NCBI GenBank assembly: GCA_964016885.1
Contig: OZ024746.1
Span: 18,848,001 to 18,912,000, forward strand
DNA length: 64,000 nucleotides
Source of the DNA: Eledone cirrhosa
Taxonomy: Eukaryota
Direction of reading: 5' to 3'
Made by a program: the position numbers and the translations under genes. Below the pieces are notes generated by a model. The model was not told the DNA's origin. It made no database searches and saw only the letters and a program-made list of their open reading frames with translations. How positions within the stretch are numbered: position 1 is the first letter of the stretch; each line of letters opens with the position of its first letter. Shown here in pieces: positions 1-11,894 of the stretch.

Positions 1-1932
1 AGGAATAAAAAGTTTCCTACAAATTTTTAATTTTTATTAGAATATTTTTGTTTACCTCTTATTATTTCAACTTAAACCATAACATGAACATAATTTAAAT
101 ACCAAAAAGTAAAGAAAATTCAATGAAATAATCCACACTGACAGACAGCACTTTATACCTAACCAATATCAAGATATCTTTGACATCACAAATGGTGGAT
201 GCCCATCTAGAGGTTCAGTTAAAAGTTCAGATCTCCATGTTGCAATCAAATATCAAAATGCTTTCCTACAATAAGCAGTCACAACAAAGTCATAAAAGGT
301 AGTTAGCTTTAAAATTACATTTTTTCGATTTTTGGATAATTAGTACATAGTAATTAAATTTTTACAAACTAATGTAGATTTAAGAATATATAATTATGGT
401 TTCTTGAATGCGGCCTTATTATAATACAAGTAGCTTAATGAAGCCTTTCAACATGAAAAGGTTCCCCACCTCTGCGCTAGGAGACAGAATAAATAAATGA
501 AGAGTAAAAAAAATACTTAATTCTATTTCCTGATAGAAGTCAATTGATTATTTTATTCTATTTTATTGTATTTAAATTTTTATATTCACGTAGCTCTATA
601 CAGACATTTAAATTGGTTAAATCATTAACGTTAGTATATCCACCACCAATGATAATTTTACCTTAATAACAAGGTGATTACTTTTTCCTTTCAAACTCTC
701 CTGTTAAAAAATATATCCTTGACTAACTAAAATGAAACTGAATATCAAATTAAAGTTATATTTGGCACGATACAAGTAGGAACAGATTTTTAAGTCAAAT
801 TTACTTTTAAATTCATTTCTCACAAAAATATAATTCAATATTGTTTTCTGCAATATATTTCTTAAAAAAGAAAGAAAGTTTAAAAACAACAATTAAAAAA
901 AAAAAAAGCAACAGAATGTTCGATAGTAAATTAATCCTTCACCCAGTTTAACACCACCACCTGACCCTTGGGTCTCTTTAAAGAGTCCACTCTGTTGCAA
1001 GCATTTAAGCCAGGTCTCTGGCTTGAGCATACCTCCTTTCTCCCTCCTTCCCCACCTCTTACCAATCTCAGAGGCTCTGTAAAGAGTCCTCATAGCCACT
1101 GATATTCCCTCCCAGATTAAACAGTAAAAACAACAAAAACAGTGTATTAGATAATATTTAGTTCCATCAAATAAAATAAATATATGAACGATGAAGCACA
1201 GATGAATTAAAATATAAAAAAAAAAAAAAAAAAAAAAAAAATCAACAAAACGGTTTTATATAATTGAGATACAATTATAAATTGGTTATAGTTTAAGAAA
1301 GACATTGGTTTCTCCTGGACTAGTCTAGGTTCTAGATATTATATTTTAGGGGAGGAGGGAAATTGTGTATTCTAATATTCACGACATTAGTTAAGTAAAC
1401 GGTGTCAGGTTGTCAACTGAAAACTAAAGTTGAGTTATAATTGAACATAATATTGGTAAGGAATTGGTATATATTGAACAAAGTTTTAGTAAGGAATTGG
1501 CCCTAATAAAATGGAAAATACAAAGTAATAACTCTTCTGAAGTAGAAATTAGGTAACTAACAAATGTATATTAGATAGTATCTCTCCACTACGACATGTG
1601 AAAGAAAACCTATAAAATCTGAAGCTGAAGCTCCCAAGAATTTTAGAAAGTAATTTTGAGGAAAATATTTTGTAAATAGGTCAAAGTTTTACTAGAGTTG
1701 GTTGGAAAATAAATGATAATTTTTGGTGATAACGAACGGATGAACTGAACGAACGAGAGAACGAGAGGGATGTATGAATATGTAATATGTATTCCATAGT
1801 ACGTTGAATAGAACAATAGCATATGTTGCTTGCCCAGACTGACTTGCTTGCAGCAGGCAATGCTAGTGTTTTGCAACTGATGATGAAAGAGAGCAGTAGG
1901 AAGAACAAGGCCAAGGAAGTGGTTAGACTTAC

Positions 1933-2028
1933 AGGGCTCCTGCTTTCTGGAGTTTGTGTCCCTATTTCTCTCTTGATGCATATCTGCTTCGAATCATCAT
2001 CACGAACCTCAGTATTTTGTTTCAAAGT
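1933..2028 (-). CDS. ARHGAP39: Internal coding exon of ARHGAP39-like RhoGAP (Vilse/RhoGAP93B), 96 nt, phase 0/0
   Basis: Minus strand: pyrimidine tract ...cttcttcctttcatatttCAG|ACT TTG AAA CAA AAT ACT GAG encodes TLKQNTEVRDDDSKQICIKREIGTQTPESRSP, ending CCT|GTAAGT. TLKQNTE is the known continuation of ...IIPLAKLQ in ARHGAP39 orthologues. Confidence 0.88.
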
Positions 2029-2140
2029 CTGAAATATGAAAGGAAGAAGAGCCATTGGAGGGCTGGTAGTAGATAGAGATTTATACTCAGGATAAATTAC
2101 AATGTACATTTAATATGAACGGAAAAAGAGCCATTGGAGG

Positions 2141-2252
2141 CAGGGACGGATTTATCGGGAGGCAGAGGGGGTGAATGTCCTAAGCACCCCTTGTCATACA
2201 GGGCCCCCTCTAGGAACAGCCCTGGGCCCCACAAGGTCTAAATATGGCTCTG
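2141..2252. mobile_element. hAT-type MITE, copy 1
   Basis: Imperfect TIRs CAGGGACGGATTTA / TAAATATGGCTCTG; 8-bp TSD ATTGGAGG at 2133-2140 and 2253-2260. Confidence 0.75.
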
Positions 2253-2337
2253 ATTGGAGGGCTGGCAGTAGATAGATTATACTCAGGATAAATTAAAATG
2301 TACATTTAATATAAAAGGAAAAAAAAACCATTGGAAG

Positions 2338-2525
2338 CAGGGCTGGATTTATCAGGGAGCAGAGGGGGTGAATGACATAGGTACCCTTTGTCAAACAGGG
2401 CCCCCTTTAGGAACAGCCTTGGGCCCCCTCAAACCGGAATAGCCTTGGATGCCCCCCAAACCTGAATTGACCTGGCTCCCTCAAAACCTGAACTGACACA
2501 AGTCCAAGGTCTAAATATGGCCCTG
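2338..2525. mobile_element. hAT-type MITE, copy 2, with internal short-repeat expansion
   Basis: TIRs CAGGGCTGGATTTA / TAAATATGGCCCTG; TSD ATTGGAAG (2330-2337) / ATTGGAGG (2526-2533). Confidence 0.75.
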
Positions 2526-3187
2526 ATTGGAGGGCTGGTAGTTGAGAGATTATACTCAGGACAAATTACAATGTACATTTAATCATCCAAAAAAAAAAAA
2601 ATAAAAAAAGCCAAATCAAATAACTTTTGAGAAATAGAAGAAAAATGTTATTCTATTATTGAGCCAATATAATTTCCTAAAACCGCTATATTCATTCACA
2701 GTTAAATTTATACGAAATAATTTTGTACTTTTTGGGTTGAAAAAAATTTTGAATACGCAATAATGTTGATAATGGTGGTGGCTGCAGTATAAATCTAGGA
2801 TATATTTCACAATTCTTGCCTGTTTGTGTGTGAATGTCTACTCTCTCACTTGTTTTACTTTTCTATGTAGCTATCACCTGCTCTCTACTACCATCACAGT
2901 ACTGCATCAATATATTTTACTTTATCTCAGACTATTACCACCTCTTATTTTCATTCACCTGCCTTTTTCTCTTTCATTCTTTATCTATTCTTTCTCTTTA
3001 AAATTTTGAGTTTTTGAAAAACAATCTGAAAAATTAAGGGAGGGGGGGGGGGGAGAGGCATTATTCAAGACTCGGAGGATTAACTCTAAGAATAAGTTCA
3101 ATGTCCCTTCTTCATAATGGTTTCTATAACTTCCTTTACAGCTGGTATAATAATATATTCTCTAATTGTATGTAGTATTCCTTGTTT

Positions 3188-3411
3188 TGTCTTCTTCCAC
3201 TTATTCCTAGGAAAGTCGTGGGGACCAAGTCCTCAAACATTCCTTCCAGTGGGTCCTGTCAGAAGCAACCATCTTCAATTGATCTGACTGGTTCCCCAAG
3301 TGAGGATGTTATCCAACCATTCTTGCTTGGGGTCTACCCCTGGGTCTCCTGCCGGCTTGTTTTGCCTGTAAAATATGTCCTGCAACTCTTTCCAGAGACA
3401 TTCTAACCACA
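3188..3411 (-). mobile_element. RTE-clade LINE 3' fragment (family B)
   Basis: Shares the block cccacttattcct...caaacactccttccagt...gggtctacccctgggtctcctgcc with copies at 13.6, 15.1, 27.8 and 53.4 kb. Confidence 0.7.
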
Positions 3412-3424
3412 ACACCATTATCAA

Positions 3425-3615
3425 TAATAATAATAATTGTTTCTGATTTAGGCACAAGCCCAACAATTTTAATGGAGGGAAAAGTCAATTAAATTGACCT
3501 CAGTGCATTACTGGTACTTTATTTTATCGACTCCACAAAGATGAAAGGAAAAGCTAACCTCAGCAGGATTTGAACTCAGAACATAAAGAACTGTAACTAT
3601 GCCACAAAGCATGTT
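3425..3615 (-). mobile_element. tRNA-derived SINE (family A)
   Basis: Reverse complement of B-box GAGTTCAAATCC, core CTTTCATC...GTCGATAAAATAAAGTACCAG and (AAT)n tail. Confidence 0.8.
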
Positions 3616-3755
3616 AATAATAAAAGCAAGGATGATAATGAAATATGAAACTTCATTGTAGCTAGTAGTTAAAGAAGGTGATTAGTATAGCAGATATATA
3701 GAATTTTAACAATTAGGACCTTCCCCACAAAGAAACTAATACATTAACAAACATA

Positions 3756-4030
3756 GGGTGGTGAATTGGCAGAGTCATTAAAACTTTGGATAGAATGCTT
3801 TATGGTACTTATCCCACCTCATTGCATGCTGAGTTCAAATTCCGCCAGGGTCAACTTTGCCCTTCATCCTTTTGCGGTCATTAAAAAAAAAGTACCAGTC
3901 CAGTACTGGGGTCAATTCTTCCTCTATAGAAAAAAATTGGCTGTGTTCAGACCTGGAAAGGTTTAAAAGTGCCCTAGACACACCATTTGATGGTGCCTCT
4001 ACAACTCCACAAAGAGTTATGGGGATCTTT
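3756..4030 (+). mobile_element. SINE family A head and core with an alternative long 3' tail
   Basis: A-box-like TGGCAGAGTCATTA, B-box GAGTTCAAATTCC, core, then caattcttcctctata...cagacctgga...acaactcc shared with the 10.8 and 60.2 kb copies. Confidence 0.7.
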
Positions 4031-4294
4031 ATCCTTTATCCTTCATAAGCAAATCCTACAAGGTGTGGATGGGTGTGAGATGGGGAAACAAACTCATTCA
4101 TTTGAAATTGTATCATTTAGAGACCACTTGGCTGTTCAGGTAATGCCACAAATTGATATCAGAGCAGTCCAAAACTTTTAATCAAAGTAAAAGAGGAAGA
4201 AGCTATTCATTTGTGCATTATATGCACTCATATATGATGTATACCACTAAATTGTGTGTAATAAAATCTCAGAAAAGTTATTTCTTATGTATAG

Positions 4295-4560
4295 TATAGT
4301 TGTGTAGGTTACACAAAAAACAATGGCCAGTCTACATTGTAAAGTGGTTGTGTTGGTGACACAACAAAAAGCACCCAGTTCACATTGTAAATGTAGTTGG
4401 CATTAGGAAAGGCATTCAGCCATATAAACCAAGCCAGAAACAGTTCTGCATGAGCAAGACATGGTCATCTGATCTGACTTGTCTCACAATGGGACAACTT
4501 ATCTAACCCATACTAGCGAGGAAAATGGATGTTAAATAGTGAAGATAATGATGATGATGA
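4295..4560 (+). mobile_element. SINE family C (RTE-type 3' end, (GAT)n tail)
   Basis: gttggcattaggaaaggcattcagcc motif and aacccatactagc...ggatgttaaa...gatgatgatg end; recurs at 6.2, 14.2, 32.6, 53.0, 55.2, 59.0 and 63.1 kb. Confidence 0.65.
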
Positions 4561-5397
4561 GTATGTATAAAATACATTGAAATTGTTTGCAAACATCTCA
4601 AACAAAACAAAAGTTAAATTCAAAAGTAACCTTGGAACTTGACGGGTTTTAGGCTGTGGAAATGCACCAACTGTAAAGTCAATGTTATTTTTAAAAATCA
4701 GTTTGATTTTGATAATGATGGTCTACTTAAATATATTTATATTCAGTTTTACTAGTTTATATTTAGCTAGGCATACATGGTTGTGTAGTCACAGGTGAAC
4801 AAAATATTTAGTGTTTTATTGGGGATTTAAAAAAAATTCCACTAACAATTTTATGCTTATTTTATGAACAGTCTCTGGATTTTTGTGTTTTGAATATCAG
4901 AGATTCAGAGCCTGGCAAATATTTTTTTAATGAGAATCTTAATTGAAGCATAGTATTTTAGATTCTCAGAAAGTAAAAAAACAACAAAAGACAAAAAAAC
5001 AAACAAAAAATAATAATTTAAACCGATACATCCAGTCCAGTGTTTCATATGTAATATTGTGGGACATAAATTATATTCCCATCATAGGTAGATGGTGTCT
5101 ATTTATAAAATGAAGTTCCTTATACATGAACAAACAAACAAAAAAAGAAAACAAAACCACAAAACATAATTGCTACTCATGTCAATATTATGGGAGATGT
5201 TTTGTTTTAGGTACATGTTAATGAAACTGAAAGAAAATGGTAACCCCTTAGAATGAAAGCTTTCTCACTCCTTGAAGAAATGTTTTCTATAAGCATCAAA
5301 CTGAACATCAACCACAACAATGTCAACAATCAGTCATATGAACTACCCAAAACCTCTCACACTAATAAAAAAAAAAAAACAAAAAAAATCAGATATA

Positions 5398-5518
5398 TGA
5401 GGATCAGCTGAAAAGTTAGGCTGACCAAGATATTCTCATGGAATGACCAAATGAGGTTTATTTTTCAACATAGTCCCTGGAAAGAAACAATGCAGTTATT
5501 AATTAGAAGAGTTGAAAA
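5398..5518. mobile_element. Tc1/mariner-type MITE, partial
   Basis: TA followed by TGAGGATCAGCTGAAAAGTT.. terminus; matches the full copies at 8955 and 22399 in opposite orientation. Confidence 0.65.
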
Positions 5519-5534
5519 GGCGTAATATTGGACT

Positions 5535-5693
5535 TTCCATTGCTGGTACTACCTACTGGGTACAACTGCTGGCAGAAAGAGCAACATAAAATAAAGTGTC
5601 TTGCTCAAGGACATAACGCATTGCCCGGTCTGAGAATTGAACTCACAAACTCATGATTTTTAATCCAATTCTCTAACCACTAGGCCACATACC
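5535..5693 (-). mobile_element. tRNA-derived SINE (family B, CORE-like)
   Basis: Minus strand TGGCCTAGTGGTTAGAG A-box, GAGTTCAATTCTC B-box, then gtccttgagcaagacac CORE-like motif. Confidence 0.65.
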
Positions 5694-6237
5694 ATTGACA
5701 TTTAAATATGACAAATACTCTTGGACTTATTCATCTGCATAGTAAGTAAACATTTCATTAATCATTTCAACAGATGCTGCCTTTGAATCAAACACACTTA
5801 AGATTGATCACAGATTACAGTTTACAGTTTACTTGTACCATGACAGTTTGAATGTTCTCAACAAAGAACATAGAACAAATATAATATAGTGTACATTTAT
5901 TACATGGTGGGAGATTTATTGCAAGTATTTCATTTATATTAAAACTACTAGGACATTGCTATGCTACAATTGGGGAATCTGTTTTGTTGCTACTGATAAG
6001 GTCCCTTTATGAAAGAGATTTTGTACAGATGTGTTAACAGCCACCCATGCAGATTGCACCATATGGCACCTCTTTATGGTATAAGCACATCTGGGATTTG
6101 TACAGTCTGTAGTGCTGCTACTTTTGAAGTACTGCTGTTCAGGTGAAAAAAAAAAAATTAATATATATATTTAGCTATTTTTTTTTCACAAAGGTAGTCA
6201 ACTATAGTTAATAATAGATTTATCTTTCACATGGAAT

Positions 6238-6510
6238 TCATCATCATCATCATCATCATCACCGTTTTACGCCCGTTCTTCCACGCTAGCATGGGTTAGA
6301 CGGGTTGTCCTGTTGTGGGCAGTGTCTGGTCGGCTGACCATGCCTTGCTCATACAGGAACTGATCTGGCTTGATTTCTACAGCTGGATGCCCTTCCTAAC
6401 ACCAACCTCATTTACAGTGAGTGCTGGGTGCTTTTTCGTGGCGCCTACACGTCCACTTTACAGTGTGGGCTGGGTGCTTTTTTGCCGTGGCACCTCCACG
6501 ACCACCTTGC
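6238..6510 (-). mobile_element. SINE family C 3' part
   Basis: (TCA)n tail, ccacgctagcatgggttagacgg and ctacagctggatgcccttcctaacaccaacc. Confidence 0.7.
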
Positions 6511-6524
6511 GGTGGGGGGGGGGG

Positions 6525-7214
6525 GCATATTGTTTATATGCTTCAGCATGTACCCATGGGAGGTCGGGTACCCTGTATTACTGCGTGACGCCAGAAGTCA
6601 CGGTCGTGTGTCATTGACTTTGAGAGGTGTAGTTGGGTAAGGTCGGCTTTTATCACCTCATCCCAAGTCATCTTGGGTCTCCCCACTCCGCGGTTTCCAT
6701 CAACTTCTAGTGCTCTGCACCTTTTTATGCAGCTGTCATCCTTCATACGCATCACATGTCCATACCAGCGTAACCGCCTCTCCTGCACGCAGCATTTGAT
6801 TCCTCTTATGCTCAGTCTCTCTCTCAATTCATTTATGCTTTGTCGTTCACGTATATTACTGTTACACATCCATCGGAGCATGCAGGCTTCGTTTCTCTCT
6901 AATCTACGTAAGTCTTCCACCTTCAGCGCCCAGGTCTCACTACCATGCAACATCGCTGTTCGGATACACGCATCATACAGTCTGCCTTTCATTCTGAGGG
7001 AGAAGCCTTTTGCAGCTAGCAGTGGTAGTAGTTCCCTAAACTTCTTCCATCCCGTTCTTACCCTAGTTATTGTACTTTCTGAGCACCCACCTCCGTTGCT
7101 AATTCGGTCACCTAGGTAGCAGAAGCTGTCTACTGTTTCTACAGGGCCCTCCCAGAGATTGGTGGTACTTGTTTCCTGTGGCTGTTTGCTTGCTGTTTCA
7201 GCACAGCTGCTGCA
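6525..7214 (-). mobile_element. 5'-truncated RTE-clade LINE with an uninterrupted C-terminal reading frame
   Basis: Frame reads ...VETVDSFCYLGDRISNGGGCSESTITRVRTGWKKFRELLPLL...KGRLYDACIRTAMLHGSETW...RRLRWYGHVMRM...GRPKMTW, typical of the RTE post-RT region. Confidence 0.88.
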
Positions 7215-7410
7215 ATTATATATAAAAATAATGACACAGTTCCACTATTATCAAATCCATAACATTTTCAGGATATATTTTCTGGGCTCATATAACTGAA
7301 TTTTAAAAATATGTAATTTATTATAACAAAACTAATGCCTTGTTCCAAACTTTGAAAGGCTTAGAAGAGTTTTAGGATTTGTATCCACTAAACAAATAAT
7401 TATATATCAG

Positions 7411-7996
7411 ATAATAATAATAGTAATAATTGTTTCTACTTTAGGCACAAGGCCAGCAATTACCCAGTGCATTACTGGTACTTTATTTTATCGACCCCGT
7501 AAGGATGAAAAGCAAAGTCAACCTCGGCGGGATTTGAACTCAGATCGTAAAGGGACGTAACTATGCTGGAAAGCATGGTGTCCGATCCTCTACTGATACT
7601 GCCAATCCACTAGTAATAATGGTTTCTGATTTAGGCACAAGGCTAACAATTTTTGGCGGAGGGGAAAGTCGATTAAATTGACCCCATAAGGATGAAAGGC
7701 AAGCTAACTTTGACAAGATCTGAACTCAGAATGTAAAGCGACATAACTATTTGCCACAAAGTGTTGTTTGACGCTCTACCGATTACTGCCAATCCACCAT
7801 CCATCAAATAATAATTGCTTCTACTTTTGGCACAAGGCCAACAATTACCCAGTTCATTACTGGTACTTTATTTTATCGACTAGTTAAGGATGAAAGGCAA
7901 AGTTATGGTCGGCGGGATTTGAACTCAGAATGTAAAGGGCAATAACTCTATGCTGTAAAGCATGGTGTCTGACGCTCAAATAATAATTGTTTCTAC
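7411..7996 (-). mobile_element. Tandem array of three family-A SINEs
   Basis: Copies at about 7411-7610, 7611-7802 and 7806-7977, each with an (AAT)n tail, core remnant and B-box. Confidence 0.85.
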
Positions 7997-8504
7997 AGCT
8001 TTAATAAAACAAGGTATTAATTTTCCCACTAAGTCAGCTACAAAAATAAATACTAATATTTTTGAAGTGAAACGATAGTTTGTTGATGGTACAAATTAGT
8101 TAAATACATTAAGAGAGGGAGAAGAGAATAAGTCAACACAAGGATAACATTAACTTATATATATAACTACGTAAATAATAAGCATTATAAATATACCTTA
8201 ACTCTACTAACTGTTTAATGAACACAACCACACAGATATGGTCAGAACGTGGAAGAGCCGAACTCCCACTGTCATCGTCTCCATATCTCTCACCCTCCCC
8301 ATCTCTCTGTATGGTGAGCAAATGGGGTCCCACGTGCTGGCATCCCTACAGCCCGGCGGACAGAATGGAGAGGGCGTTTTCCCGGAGGCAAATGCTGGTA
8401 ATAAAAACTTCAACAGCCATTACAGTGAGATTTAAAATAGGCAAGTTCGTTGTAAGGGAGGTAACTAATGACATATTAAAGTCATAAACAGTTTCATTTT
8501 TGTA

Positions 8505-8809
8505 AAAAGCGTGTGTGTATTATGTGTATATGTACACACACACAGATAACATACGTCCTGTGTATTGTGTGTATGTATGTATATATACACACACCGCAAA
8601 CGAATTGTGTGTATGTGTGTGTGTATTTATACATACATACACACAATACACAGGATTTACATGTTGTGCGTGTGTGTTTATATACTTACATATATACACA
8701 CAAGAACACATGTAGATGTCTGTGTGTATACGGACACATATCTACATGTGTATGTTTGTGTTGTTTTATTCAAGGATTTTAAACATATATCTTCTCCATA
8801 CATCTGCTG

Positions 8810-8862
<53 letters not shown>
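8505..8862. repeat. Degenerate (TG/CA/TA)n region followed by an (AG)n microsatellite
   Basis: Direct reading; (AG)n at about 8813-8855. Confidence 0.85.
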
Positions 8863-8863
<1 letters not shown>

Positions 8864-8954
8864 TACTAAGTCAAAAATAGATTTCTGTGCACCTAATAAG
8901 TCTGAAATGTTAGAAAAGGTTATAAATGAGAACCCATGTTTATTTTCCAACATA

Positions 8955-9153
8955 CGATTGTCGGCTAAAAAGTTTATAGGCTGACTATGAAGGAATTATG
9001 CTAGAGCTGTGAAATCCTTTCATGCACTAATTTCAACTCCTCTTATTAACAACTGCATTATTTCTTTCCAGGGGCTATGTTGAAAAATGAACCTCATTTT
9101 GTCATTCCCTGAGAATATCTTGGTTAGCCTATGAACGTTTCAGCTGACCCTCA
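8955..9153. mobile_element. Tc1/mariner-type MITE, full length
   Basis: TA on both sides; ~30-bp imperfect TIRs CGATTGTCGGCTAAAAAGTTTATAGGCTGAC / GTTAGCCTATGAACGTTTCAGCTGACCCTCA. Confidence 0.8.
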
Positions 9154-9351
9154 TATAGCAATGGTACAGATTTCACATAAACAGGAGTTATTTTCATCAA
9201 TATGGCCAGTATGTTTTGTTTTTTTTCTAATAAGTTAACATAAAAATAAATGTAACAACCTTTTCTACAGATCCCCCAAACAGTAATTAAAATAAGATTG
9301 GTATTAATAAATATAAATACATAGTTAAATATATATATAAAACAGATCTAA

Positions 9352-9565
9352 AAGCCTGCCTTGAACCCAAAGGCCCATCAGGTTGGTGCTTATCCTGGTT
9401 TTTATAGCATTAAGTGACCTAGAGTACAAGACTCCCTCCTGGACAAGACGTCAGTCCATCACAGAGTTAAACCCCCAACTATTGCTGGTCCTCATTTCAT
9501 TTTCAGCTGAGTATACTGGAGCAACATGAAATGAAATGTTTTGCTCAAGAACACAACACACAACC
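9352..9565 (-). mobile_element. SINE family B 3' part
   Basis: cagtccatcacagagttaaaccccc...ttttcagctgagtatactggagcaac...ttgctcaagaacacaac, shared with the 42.4 and 53.9 kb copies. Confidence 0.7.
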
Positions 9566-10069
9566 CCATTTGTAAGCCTCCATGTACAGAACAAACACTA
9601 ATCATACTTAATGCTTTTTAGTAAGTCTGCTAAGTGTAGATAGATCTGTTTTTCTAAATCAATTTTTCACAAAATTTTATTAATAAAAATCATTAGACAT
9701 TAGATGCTAGTAAAGTAAGGTTCTGAGCTCTAAAGTTGAAAACAAAGTTAATACACAACAGATCATTTATTTACCTGACTACAAGGACCATTATTTCTGA
9801 CACACTTCAATGATATTTGAACCCTTTTAGGTTATTTTGTAAGATATTAATCACATCTGTTTTTATCCCAACCTTTATCATATGCTCTGCTCTTGTTTCT
9901 CTCTCCAATGAATTATTCTGATATTTGATATTTTATTCTACCCACAATGAGGCATTAATTGAATCACACTGTGAACTATACAACTGAAAATAAAAATGAC
10001 TCCACAGCATAAATGATGCTGAAAAATGTTAGTAGAGGTCTACAGTCCTGTAAATATTCTATGATTTAA

Positions 10070-10286
10070 CCCTTTAGCATTTAAACTGGCCATATCCGGC
10101 CAGAATTCTCACCTCTTTCTGTTCAAACCAGCCATAAATGGCTGCTTATACTTATGTTAAGGTATTGTTCTCAAAATAAATAATATCAAAATTGCATAGA
10201 TTTGATATTAAGTGAGATAATTATGTAAGATAAAGCCTTTACCGTGAAAATATGAGTAAATATAGAGTAATGTAAATGCTAAAAGG
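10070..10286. mobile_element. piggyBac-like MITE
   Basis: TTAA TSD on both sides; termini CCCTTTAGCATTTA / TAAATGCTAAAAGG; second copy at 41626-41832. Confidence 0.8.
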
Positions 10287-10832
10287 TTAACAATGTTAGT
10301 AGAGGTCTATATTCCTCTAAATATTCTATGATTTAACAATAAACCCAACAACAATGTGTGTCTAATATCATGTACAAGTGTCGATTTGGCTGGTTGGGAT
10401 ACATCACACAACTCCCAAGTGAGAGACATGCTAATCAGATCCTGCATTGGTACCTCCATGTAAAGAAGGAATGTGATTGTTAGGTCATTGACTTGTTAAT
10501 TTGTTTTCTACAGCTGGATACCTTTTCTAACATCTCTGCTCACTGGGGCGGAGTTGACTACCTCACAAGTGTGAGCTCCATGAGGTGGAGTGGTTGTTCC
10601 AATGCATCTCCCTAGCTGTACTCTGGGGTAACCTCTTCTCCATCCTGTCAGCTGAGACCACAAGGTGGACTGACCCTTAAGTTACATTTATGGTGGTGAC
10701 ATGGAATAAATTTAGTTACACAGTCATTAATAAACAGATTGCTAGACAACCAAACTATACAGAGTTGGTTTGAATATATATACACTAGTTATTTTCAATT
10801 TAAGTTTAATTAACCATCTATATGTTGTATTA

Positions 10833-11165
10833 GGATGGTGAATTAATTGGCAGAGTCATTAGAATGTTGGATAGAATACTTTGCAGTATTTGTTTTAGCT
10901 CTCTGAGTTCAAATACAACTAAGGCCAACTTTGCCTTTCATCCATCCAAAGTCAATGAAAAAGTACCAGTTAAGTACTGGGGTCAATTCTTCCTTTATAT
11001 CTATTTCTCACTTCCATTCTCTCACTCTTTATCCTTCTCTGGAAGAAATCTGCTGTATCCAGACCTGGAGAGGGGATGGTCTTTGCCAGGTTTTAAAAAG
11101 TGATCTAGAAATACTGTAAGTCAACACAATGCCCCTACAACTCCCTTCGTAGTTACGGAACTATG
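10833..11165 (+). mobile_element. SINE family A with the alternative long 3' tail
   Basis: Head TGGCAGAGTCATTAG, B-box, core, then tail tttctcacttccattctctcactc...ggaagaaatctgctg. Confidence 0.7.
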
Positions 11166-11271
11166 CATCATGTTGTATTAACCATAATGTAATTTAAAAA
11201 AATCTGCAATGACTTCTGTGTAGAGTAGATTAAAACTTTAAGTATGAATAAAAGGTTATTTAAGACTGTCA

Positions 11272-11516
11272 TCAGCATCATCATTTTTACATCTGTTTTT
11301 CCATGCTTGTATGGATTGGATGGGTTCTTTTCAGAACAGCATCTCTCCACTCATCGCGTTCCTCCGTCATCTCCTTTGTGAGTCTCAGCAATTTGAGATC
11401 AGCTCTCAGCAAATTCCTTCCACTGGGATTTCTTGGCATTTTTTCACCCAGCAACCATTGTTCACGTGCATCACATGCCCATACCAATGCAGCCTTCTCT
11501 CTAGCACATCATTTTA
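11272..11516 (-). mobile_element. RTE LINE 3' end (family C tail)
   Basis: Minus strand encodes ...WYGHV...RADLKLLRLTKEMTEERDEWRDAVLKRTHP with a (GAT)n tail; related copies at 43.8, 56.5 and 61.1 kb. Confidence 0.72.
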
Positions 11517-11894
11517 GAAAGAGACTATTTCATAAATGGTAAGTTTGATTGAAAAACATAATCATCTCTGTTGAAAACAATAATATCTTCTGTAATACTC
11601 TATATGAAGGAGGACTTGGTTAGAAAATGTGTAAAGAAGAGCCAGATGCTGGACAGTTGTTAACTGTCTTGTGTGAAATAGCAAGTCTAACTATTCTTAA
11701 GGTAGTGATCAGATAAGGTTACAATCAAGTATGTGTTGAGTGTGTGTGATGTAACTTAAGAAGTATTTTCTTAGCACTTATTGAAAACAATCCACATGAA
11801 TCATACAAAACCATGAATGGTTCACAATATTGTATGGTTCAAGTTAGTATTTAGCTAAAGTACATACACTAACCACATTCACTCTCTTCTCTCT

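Noticed and set aside
893-1099. GC-richer 68-aa ORF as a further ARHGAP39 exon
   Set aside because: No recognisable homology and no convincing phase-0 acceptor to follow the 1933 donor.
1681-2109. 142-aa ORF as a complete gene
   Set aside because: Only 1933-2028 is bounded by splice sites and homologous; the rest is intron read-through.
8513-8984. Cys/Val/His/Thr- or Arg/Glu-rich ORFs (also at 11.8-12.2, 19.5, 37.7-38.1, 38.9, 41.1, 46.6, 55.7 and 62.2-62.7 kb)
   Set aside because: These are translations of microsatellites.
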